Source: an uncultured virus (IMG/VR IMGVR_UViG_3300017786_003062) | Lineage: Duplodnaviria; Heunggongvirae; Uroviricota; Caudoviricetes | DNA: 64,000 bases | Direction: 5' to 3' (one strand) | Virus record (IMG/VR): IMGVR_UViG_3300017786_003062 | Part shown: positions 27,808 through 39,800 of the stretch, piece after piece | Numbering within the stretch: the first letter of the stretch is position 1 | How the letters are laid out: every line of letters starts with the position of its first letter | Translations under genes and position numbers: made by a program | Notes under the pieces: model-generated | What the model saw: only the letters and a program-made list of their open reading frames with translations | Databases searched by the model: none | What the model was told of the DNA's origin: nothing

Positions 27808-30800
27808 ATGGCTTTTAACGATAATCAATCCGATACTGCTCTTCCAGTTGGAGCAAATCAATCTAAAAGAACTAGTGCAGATCACCTACCTAAGTATTTT
27901 AGAACGGAGTCGAATAAAAAGTTTCTTAGTGCTACACTCGATCAACTTTTAAATCCAGGAGTTGCTGAAAAGATATCAGCATACTACGGAAGACGTATTG
28001 CAAAAGCTAGAGTTGCATCTGATAATTATATTTCAGATACTAATGCTGATAGAGAAAACTATCAGTTTGAACCTGCTACAATAGTTCAAGATGAATTAAA
28101 CAACGTTACATTCTACAAAGATTATAACGATTTTAAAAATCAAATTAAAGCATTCAATGGTACAGTTAATAACGATAGCGTACTAAACAAACAAGAATAC
28201 TATTCTTGGAACCCACATATTAATTGGGATAAGTTTACTAACTACAGAGAATATTATTGGTTACCAAACGGTCCAATAGGTATTGGTGTTGCAGGACAAG
28301 CCAAAGATATTGACAGTACATTTACTGTTACTAGTCAAGACAATCTTGATAATACTGCATATGTATTTTCCCCAGATGGCAAAACACAAAACCCATCATT
28401 AAAATTATATAGAGGACAAACATATACGTTTGTTCTTAATACTCCAGGTATGCCTTTAACATTTAGAACTGCTAGAAGTTTAGATGCTGAAGTATTATAT
28501 ACAACTGGCGTTGACGATAGTACACAAACAACTGATGTTGGTACAATTACATTTGAAGTTGATATTAATGCACCAGATACATTATATTATATTAATGGTA
28601 ATGATATTAATACAAGTGGATTAATTAAAATTTATGATATTGTAGAAAACAGTAAAATTGATGTTGAAGCAGAAATACTTGGCAAACAAAGTTATACAAT
28701 GTCAAACGGGTATGCGTTATCAAATGGAATGAAAGTATATTTCCAAGGTGATGTAACTCCTGCAAAATATGCCGAAGGCGAATGGTATGTTGAAGGTGTA
28801 GGAGATAAAATTAAATTAGTATCCGAAGCAAACGTACAAATACCTGGAACATATTCTACAGACAAACCAGTACCGTTTGATTCAGAAGCATTTGACAGAG
28901 TACCGTTTAGTAATGCAAATAGTTTTGCAGGTACAAAAGATTATGTTTGTATGAACAGATCAAGTAATGATTTAAATCCATGGTCAAGATATAACAGATG
29001 GACACACAAATCTGTTATCGAAACTACAGCAACTATTAATGGAATTGTTCCAGAAATAGATCAAGCAAACAGAGCCAAACGTCCAATCGTTGAATTTAAC
29101 GAAAATATTAAATTACATGAGTTTGGAACTTCAGCAAAAGATAATGTAGACTTAATTGATACATTTACATCTGATGTGTTTAGTACTATTGAAGGTTCAT
29201 TAGGTTATAATATTGACGGAGTTGATATTGCAGACGGTATGCGTATCTTGTTTACAGGTGATCCTGATACAAGAGTTAACGGTAAAATTTACAAAGTAAA
29301 CTTTATTACTCATAACAATATTAGACAAATTAGTTTAATTGAAGAAACTGATACAGCACCATTGTTAAATGAAGTAGTACTAGTTGAAGCTGGTAATACT
29401 AACAAAGGTAAAATGTGGTATTACAACGGAACTAAATGGTGTGTAGCACAAGAAAAAACAGCAACTAATCAAACACCAATGTTTGACTTGTTTGATACTA
29501 ATGGTGTTAGTTTTTCTAATACAACAACATATCCTAGCACAACGTTCATTGGTAATAAACTGTTTAGTTACAAGCAAGGTACAGGAACTAATGATGTTGA
29601 ATTAGGATTTCCTTTAAGTTATAGAGCATTAGAAAATACAGGTGATATTGAGTTTGACTTTAACTTGTTAAACACAACACATACATACCAACAAAATAAT
29701 GCAGTTATTACTGCAAAGTCTGATAACGGTGTACTAAGACAGTATAGCGACAGAGAAACATTTACATATGTAAGTGGTTGGATAAAAGGTAATACAGAAA
29801 GTAAACAATTAGTCAACAGGCAATATGTTGTAGCAACACAGTTTAATGATTTTGCTATTGACGTATATGATCGCAGTGGAGACTTAAACGACCTTTGGGT
29901 TAGAGTTTATGTTAACGATAAACGTAAATTAGAAAATACAGACTATGCTATAAACAGAATTAATGGTGTAGCATATGTTACGTTTACAAAAGATCTTGTA
30001 AAAGACGATATTTTAGTAATTAAAACTGATAGTGCTACAAAGAAAAATGCTAACGGTGTTTACGAATTTCCAATTAACTATGAGCGTAATCCTAAGAACG
30101 AAAATATTGAATCGTTTACACTAGGCGAAGTTAATGACCATGTTGAAAGTATTACTGAATTTAGAAATGATTGGACAGGATCTTTTCCTGGAACAAGTAA
30201 CCTAAGAGATTTAGGAAACTTATCACCATACGGAAGTAGATTTACACAGCATAGTGGATTAGCTAACCTTGCAGTATATCATATAACAGATAAAACTGCA
30301 AACATTGTTAACGCATTAAAATTTTCAAGAGCAGAGTATGGTAAGTTTAGAAGAAAGTTTTTACAAATAGCTGAAAACTTAGGTTATGATGGATCATCAA
30401 GAATCCATTTTGATAAAGTAATAACTGAACTAAATTTAAACAAAACAAATGACATGCCGTTTTACTTTAGTGATATGATCGGTCATGGTATTAGTAATGA
30501 AATTGTTCATACAGTTTTTAGTGCATCGCAAGAATACTATAGCTTAACAGCAGAGTTTAGTTTGCGTTCATTATCAAACCAAGCAATAAGTGTTTACCGT
30601 AACGGAGAGTTACTTTGCCACGGACAAGATTATGAATTTGAAGTAGGGTTTGAAGGCTTTGTAAAGTTTTTAACTCCAAATGCTATTAACGATGTTATTA
30701 CAATATATGAATACGAAAACACAGACGGATCGTATATTCCAGAAACACCTACCAAGTTAGGTTTATATCCTGCATATGTTCCTGAAAAGTTTATTGACAA

Positions 30801-33800
30801 CACTTACGGAGTTGACCAAACTGTTATTAGAGGACATGACGGATCTACCTTTGTAGCATACAATGACTTTAGAGATGAGTTATTACTTGAATTAGAAAAA
30901 AGAATTTATAACAACTTAAAAGTTCCATACAACACATCACTATTTGATATACACGATTTTGTTGGCGGCTCAAATAGAGAAACAGGCATTCCTAAATGGG
31001 CTATTGATAAAGGAATGATTACAGAATTTATTGATTGGCTATCAATTGTAGGAAATCCAGATTATACAAACTATGATTTCTATGAAGCATCAGATACATT
31101 TACGTATAACTATTCTTCAACACTAGGAGCAAACAATACTACTAATCCAGGATACTGGAGAGCAGTTTACAAACAAGCATTTGATACTGATCGTCCACAT
31201 ACACATCCATGGGAAATGTTAGGACTAAGTGTTAAGCCTACATGGTGGGAAACAGAATATGGTAAAGCACCATACACAAGTGAAAACATGTTGCTATGGC
31301 AAGACCTTGAAGATGGTATATGCAGAAAGCCAGGTGCTCCGGCAGAATACTTAGAACATTACAAACGTCCAGGTCTTACTAATTGGATACCGGTTGATGA
31401 TGCAGGTAATTTATTAAGTCCTGTTGATGCTAACTATGCAAAAGAATTTGTATTAGGTAGTACTAAAAATCCATTTAACTTTGGTGACGAAGGACCAACA
31501 GAAACTGCTTGGAGAAGAAGTAGCGAATATCCATTTGCATTATTAATTTCCTTAATGTTAAATCAGCCAAGTAGAGTATGTGGTCTTGGTTGGGATAGAA
31601 GTAGAATTGTTAGAGATAGTGCAGGCACTATTGTTTATAGTCCAACAGGCAAGCGTTTAAGATTAGAAGATTTAGTATTTCCAAATACTTCAACAGATGA
31701 AACAAGAGTAAACACTTGTGGATTAATAAACGTAATTGCAAACTATTTAAACAGTAAAGATACTGATGTTTATACAAAGTACAGAACAAATATAAAAGCT
31801 GTTGACAACAAGTTAGGAATTAAACTTGGTGGATTTACTGAAAAGAGTAAATTTAAATTAATACTTGATTCAAGAACTCCTTACAATGAAGGCAATGTTT
31901 TTGTACCAGAAGAAAATTATCAAATTTTCTTAAACACAAGTTCTGTTACAGAACTAGTTTCGTACAGTGGTGTAATTATTGAAAAGAAAGCTGAAGGATT
32001 TATTATTAGAGGATACGATAAAGTTAATCCGTACTTTAAGTATTTTACACCAACACCAAAAGCAGATGATCCAATTGTTACAGTAGGCGGTATTAGTGAA
32101 GATTTTGTAAAATGGACTGAGAATAAAACATACGCTGAAGGTTCTATTATTCAATTTGGCAATGAATATTATGTTGCTAAAGCTCAACACGTAGCTGGAT
32201 CAGACTTTGACCAGTCATTATATCAAAAGTTACCTGAACTTCCTATGAAAGGCGGCCGTAGTGCATTCTTTAGACGTGAGTTTAATACTGAACTAATTAA
32301 AGAGCCAGCAGAACTTGCATATGGTACAATGTTTAGAACAGTACAGCAAGTGGTTGACTTTTTATTAGGTTATAGCAAGTATTTAGAAAGTGAAGGATTT
32401 TCATTTAATAACTTTAGTGATAAGATTTTAGATGTAGAAAACTGGAGAGTAAGTGCTAAAGAATTTTTATTCTGGACAACACAAGGTTGGGCAGAAAATA
32501 GTGTTATTACACTAAGTCCGGGTGCAAACCAATTAAAGTTTTACAAAGAGAAAAATGTAGCAGACAATATTTTTGATACATTTTACGACTACAGTTTATT
32601 AAAAGCAGACGGTAAGAAATTAATACCAGAATATGTAAGAGTTGGTAGAGATAATGATAATGAATTTACAGTATCAACTAGAAATACTGCTGATGGTATT
32701 TACAATGTTAATATTCCTTTAGTACAAAAAGAACATGTAGTAATACTTGATAATACAACAGTATTCAAAGATGTAATTTACGACCAAGCTCCAGGCTATC
32801 GTCAAGCAAGACTTAAAGTCATGGGATATAGAACTGATGCTTGGACAGGTGGATTTAATATTCCAGGATTTATTTACGATAGTGCTACTACTACTGTTTG
32901 GGAGCAATGGAAAGATTATGCAGTTGGCGACACAGTTAAATATAAAGAATTTTATTATGTTGCAAAGGTAAAGATACCTGGAACAAATATATTTAATAAT
33001 GCAGACTGGGAAAAGTTAGAAGTTCGTCCTGAAGCAGGATTGAAAGCAAACTTAGATTATAAAGCAAAACAGTTTGGAGATTTTTATGATCTTGATACAG
33101 ACAACTTTGATAATGATCAGCAAAGACTAGCACAGCATTTAATTGGATATCAAAAGCGTAAGTACTTAGAAAACATTATTAATGATGATGTAAGTCAGTA
33201 TAAATTCTATCAAGGATTTATTCAAGATAAAGGTACAAAAAACAGTTTAACTAAATTGTTTGATGCATTGTCTAACACAGATGCAGACAGTTTAGACTTT
33301 TATGAAGAATGGGGATTTAGATTAGGTCAATATGGATCATCAACAGCGTTTGATGAAGTTGAATATACACTTGACGAAGCAAACTTTAGACTAAGTCCAC
33401 AGCCTGTTGAATTAGTTGACACAGTTACAGGTGAAGAAACAGATTTAATTTATAGAATACGTCCTTTTGAAACATATCTAAAACCTCAAGGATATAATCA
33501 TAAACCGTTTCCAACTAACGATGTTCAAAAAAATGTTTTACCGACAGCAGGATATGTAAATCCGCAAGATGTAAAATTATCAGTACCAACCTATGAGGAT
33601 TTATTAGCAGAATCACCGTCAGCACTTAACGTTGGTGATTATGTTTGGATTGGTAAAAAGGGTATTGAATGGGACGTTCTAAAGTATATTAGATCTAATG
33701 ATAGAGTACTTGCTATTCAAACAACATCAATTACTGGTGTAGAAGAATTTGTAATTACACTTGGTAAACAATCAAAATACGAAGTTGATGAAATTATTGG

Positions 33801-36800
33801 TATAGTTGACGTTGAAGGTGCTGAGAAGTTTTTCAAAGTTAAACGTAACGAACTTGATACATTAATTTGTTATCCTAACGGTACAGTTGAAGATGCTGAA
33901 CTTGTTAATGGTTTTGTTACTAAGTTTAATTCTAATAGAACAACTAGTTTTGATAGTGCAAACTTATTGCTATCAGATTATAACAACGATCTAAAAGTTG
34001 GAGAAACTATTTGGATTGATAAAGATATTACAGACAACTGGCTAGTATTAAAAAATGAGCCTGTACACTCTGAGCAACAGGTTTTATCAAATATTAAAAC
34101 TAGTGATTCAAGTGTAGAGTTTGGTAAAGTAATTGCGGCAGACCAAAGAAACACAACACTTGCAATTAGTGCGCCAGGCAACAGTGAAGTATACTTGTTT
34201 GGCAGAACTACAGACACAACAGATTTTACACACCTTCAAACAATTGAAGATCCAGGTTCAACTTATTACTCCGGTAACGGAAACTTTGGTAAGTCAGTTG
34301 CTATTGCAGAAGATGGAGAATTTTTAGCAATAGGTGCACCACAAGCAAGTAATGTTAAAACATTATACAAAGGTGAGTTTTCAGATTCTTCAAACTATGC
34401 AACAAACGATATTGTATCATATAAACAGAATCTATGGAAAGCAAATTATGGTATTACAGCGGCATCAGGGTCGTTTACATTTAACAGCTACCAAGCATCA
34501 CATGATGTTGCAGTTGCAAGTTATGCCGACGGAGCATATCCAGAAACAGTATATGCAATTAGAGGACGTTACAGTTTTGATGGAGCAACAGATCATATAT
34601 TAGTTAGAGCTCCAAAAGATCCTTACGAAGGTTCAAGCGTTAACGATAAAATTAGTTTACAATGGAATCAATATTCACAAAACTATCCAAATGGTATTTT
34701 ACCGTTTGGTGTTAATGGTCCAGGTACTGCGTCATTTGAAGGCACTAAAGTTATTGCTGGAAAGATTGATGCTATCTTATATGTTGATAATATTTTAAGA
34801 ACACCAGCAGTAGGCGACATTGTATCTACACCAACAGCAATTGGTACAGTACAAGATATCATTATTGATAATGTTAACTCAGCAATGTTGTACATGACAG
34901 ATGTTAATGGTGAGTTTGAGTCTACAGGTTCATTAATAACTAACGGCGTTGATATGGGTACATATGAAGCTGTTGAATTTGCTAATCCAAATACAACGTA
35001 TGGCGGTTGGTGGAGAATTGATGGTATTAATAGCTTTACAACTACAGAAAAAACAATTACAGTTCCAAACCTTGTAATAGGTGACTTTATACTTGAAACA
35101 GAAAGTAGAACACCAGAAGTTGCGGCAAATACAATGGACGATGTAAATGCGTTTAACAACGACATTGGTAACCCAACTAAGGGCGGTAAGATTGGAATAC
35201 TAAGTTATTACGATAAACAAGGACTTCCAGTAACAGAGCCGTATTGGTTTGTTAGAGCACCAAAAGCAATTACGGATACATTAAGTCCTACAGATAATTT
35301 TACAATGTCAATGAACCAAGTTAGAGATAGCTTGAATACACTTTATGATCCGTCAGCATTAGGATTGTCTTTTAACTATATAAATTCACCTCACACAGTA
35401 CATGACTTGTGGGACGGTTATATTGATATTACATTTACTAACTTTACACCACCACCAAACCAAGTACCATATGTTCCTGTTGAAGGAGATATTGTAACAC
35501 AATTATTTACAGGTGCTTATGCAGAAGTAGCGTATGTACAAGAAGGATTACTTGGTGCAAGAGTATTTGTTAAAAACTTAAACACAAGTGCAGGAGTATT
35601 TGCATATGGTAACACACATGGTGCAACTGGCGACTTACATATTAGTAACTGGCAAGGCCAAGGATTTAATAGATTAACAGGACGTATTGAATCTACAGAC
35701 TTAACAACTGATTTCTCAGGTAAGTATATTGTTGTTAGAAATAACGATAGTACGTTGTTGCAAGTTGTAACACCGTCATTTAAAAATGAAATTGAATTCC
35801 AGTTTTATACAAACCGCTCTGTAACAGGTGCGGCACGTACAGCAAATATTCCAAGTCCGTTAAACAAAGAATATACACAAATATTTAATTTACCAATTGA
35901 CCCTAAAGACGGTGTTGCAAGTTCATACAGTAATGAAGGTGCATACTTTATCTATAATAAAACAGGCAGTGGTGAATACAGTTTACAACACGGTTATACA
36001 AATCTTGAAAGAGGTAATAATAAAAACCTAGGTACACAGATTGAAATGACTAAACAAGACAATCTATACAGATTGTTTGTAAGTGCGCCAGGCGCCGGCA
36101 ACGGAACTAATCCGGGTAGAATACATTTTATTAAACACGGTGTTGATAGTAACGGTAGTGAATTTAATTGGGCATTTACTAATAATCCTTCATACAAGGG
36201 TGTGTTTAGTGATGCAGTACCATATTACACAGATGACATTGTACTTTATAATAATCAGTTTTACAAAAGTTTAACTAACCAAGTAGCAAGTGCGTTTAGT
36301 TCAAGTTGGATATTGTTAGCACAGAATATTGATTTCATAGGTTATGTTCCAAATGATACAGGTTATCAGCCAGATGGCGATAGCACATTTGATAACGAAA
36401 GCAACACTTTATATAATTTTGCACATCCGTTTACTGTAAATAAAAACGGAAACGTATTAGCAACTGTAGCTGACTTTGAAAATGCAACTCCTAAGATTGC
36501 AATTTATAGATTTAACAATAACCATTATGAATATTCACAAGTTATTGATACTCCTGTTGCGTCTACAAAATATGCATCAGCAATAGCAATAAGTGACGAT
36601 GGTGAATTAATTGCAGTTGGTGCTCCGTTAGATGACTCAATAGCAAATGACAACGGTAAAGTTTATGTATACAAAAATACAGAAGGTACATTTAACTTAT
36701 TCCAAGAGCTTTATAGTCCAGATAGTTCTGTAGCAGAACGCTTTGGTCAAACAGTTGACTTCTCAGGTAACGAACTAATGATATCATCACAAGGTGGTAA

Positions 36801-39800
36801 CTTGGTTGATAATACTTCCTTTGATAGATATACAGCCGCAATGGATCCGCAACCACAGACGTACTTAGATGATAGTACACTTGTTACGGCACAATACGTT
36901 AACAGTAAAGAATCTGATTTAGCAGTTGAAACTACATATGATAATAACTTAACACAGTTTAGTAAAGAAAACTTAGACAGTGGTGAAGTATTCATTTACC
37001 AGTATGTTGGTGGATACTTATTATATGCAGAGAAATTAGCATTTAATAACAGCAACGTTGAACGCTTTGGAGAATTTATCCATGCGTCAAACAACCACAT
37101 ATATGTTTCAATGCCAGAGCTTAGTGCATCTAATACAGGTAATAATTTTATTGGTACAGTTGTAGATTACAAACGTCAACGTAACGAACTTCCATGGAAA
37201 ACATATAGAAGTCCAACTAGACAAGTTGACTTAGATAAGTTCAAAGGAGTATTTGTTTACAGTAAAGACGGAAGCGGAACAGCAACACAATTAGATTATA
37301 TTGATCCTATTCAAGGAAAAATTGCTGGACCGGCTGAAGAAGAATTAGCATTTACAACTCCGTTTGATCCTGCAACTTATACACAAACTGATCAATCTAA
37401 TGTAAATGTAGATACAGAAAATTATTGGGCTAACGAGCATGTAGGTAAACTATGGTGGGATATTAGTACAGTACAATGGATTGAACCATATCAAAACAAT
37501 ATCATTTATAACACAGCTAACTTTAATCAACAAATGGTTGGATCTAGTATAGATGTATATGAATGGGTTGAAACATCATTAACACCAACACAGTGGTTAG
37601 AACTAGCTGATACAGAAGATGGATTAGCAAGAGGTATTAGTGGAACACCTAAATACGGAACTACTACATTTGTAACTAAAAGATTATATAATAGTGTAAG
37701 TTCAAGTTTCTATAACAAATATTACTATTGGGTTAAAAATACTAAAATTATTCCAACACTTGAAAACAGAAGATCAAGTGCATACGATGTTGCACAATTA
37801 ATTAATGATCCTGCAGGACAAGGTTATAAATTTGTTGCAGTTTACTCTAATGATAGATTTGGATTATACAACTGTGGTAGTTTAGTTGAAGAAGATAAAA
37901 AAGCAATTAACTTTAGATACTGGACAATCCCTAATCAAGAAATTAATCAACATAATCAATATCAACTTATTACTGATGGATTAGCAACGAGTAAACCTAA
38001 CAAAGACTTAGAAGCTAAATGGATTGATAGTTTAGTTGGTGTAGACATTTATAATAGACCAGTTCCTGATCCAGCGTTATCGCCTAAGCAGAAATACGGT
38101 GTACTTAATAGACCTAGACAGTCAATGTTTAAAAATAGTACTGAAGCACTTAAACAAGTAATTGAACGTACTAATAGAGTGTTGGCTAAAGAATTAATTG
38201 TAGATGAATACAGCTTTACTAATTTGTTATCATCAGATCCACAACCAGATATTATTAGTTCTAAATATGATGTAGCAATTGATACATATTCTGAACTTAG
38301 TTTTGTTAATATTTCAAAGGTTAAGCCAGCAACACTAACTCCTGTATTTGAAGAAGGAAAATTAGTTAGAGTTGATATTACAAATCCAGGTTCGGGCTAT
38401 ATCACAGTACCAACATACGAGTTTGAACAAGTTGGTGATGGTGAAAAAGCACAAGTTACATTAACACTTAATACCGCAGGTGGTATTGGTAGCGTAACAG
38501 TTAGAAATCCAGGTAAAAACTATTCACCAAACACAAACTTATCAGTAAGATTGTTTAGTGTACTTGTTAAGAGTGATGAAACTGTAAACAGTAAATGGTC
38601 AATATTTTCATATAACACAGTATTAGCTGAGTACCAAAGAACAGCAACTCAAGCATATGATGTAAGCAACTGGTGGAACTACATTGATTGGTACGATGCT
38701 GGTTACAGTAAATTTACTGATATTGATTTTACTATTGATGAAAGTTACTTACTAACATCGTTGAATGACACCATTGGTGATATTATTAAAATTAAAAACA
38801 TCGGTACTGGTGGTTGGTTGTTACTAGAAAAAATTAGTAATGAAGAAGCAAGTGATTACACAAGTAACTATAGAACTATTGGTAGACAAGACGGAACTAT
38901 AGAATTTAAAGAAGAACTGTATAACTTTACTAAGAGCTTTGTAGGCTTTGACGGATTAAGTTATGATACAGCATTCTACGATAATCAACCAACTAACGAA
39001 TTGCGTATTATTTTAAAATCACTTAGAGATGATATATTTGTTGATGGCTTAGAAGTAGAATACAATCAGTTATTCCTAGCAAGTATTAGATATGCGTTTG
39101 CAGAGCAACCGTTTGTTGATTGGGCATTTAAAACTAGTTTCATTAAAGCAAAACACAATGCTGGTGATTTACAGCAAAAAGTTACATTCCAAAATGATAG
39201 CTTACCAAGTTACGAAGAATTTGTTAAAGAAACTAAACCTTTCAAAACAAAAATTAGAGAATACCTAAGTAACTATACTAAGACAGATTTAACTTCAAGT
39301 AGTATTAGCGACTTTGACTTTGCTCCACAATACAACGAAGATACACAGCGTATTGAACCAGCATCACTTAAAGTTAAAGACAATTTAATCTACGGACAAG
39401 ATGCAACATTAAACACTTATCCAAACAAGCATTGGTTAGACAATGTAGGCTTTGAAGTTGCTAGTTGTAATATTAGTGATAAAGGTTTAGGCTATACTGA
39501 AATACCTGTTATTAAATTTGTAGGCGGAGGCGGAACAGGTGCTAAAGGACTTGCTAAATTAGGATCAGGCGGAAGTGTTGTAAGCATTGAAGTTACAAAT
39601 CCAGGTTCAGGTTACTTGTCAGCACCAACTATTGAAATTGAAGGTAGTTTGTCAACTGTTAACGAAAGTAGAATTGCTAAAGCATCAGCACAACTAGGTA
39701 ATAGTAAAATTAGAGCTATGCACTTGCGTAGTAAGTTTGACCGTGTAACAGGAACATTTTTAATTACTTCATTAGCAGAAACACAAACGTTTGCAGGTAA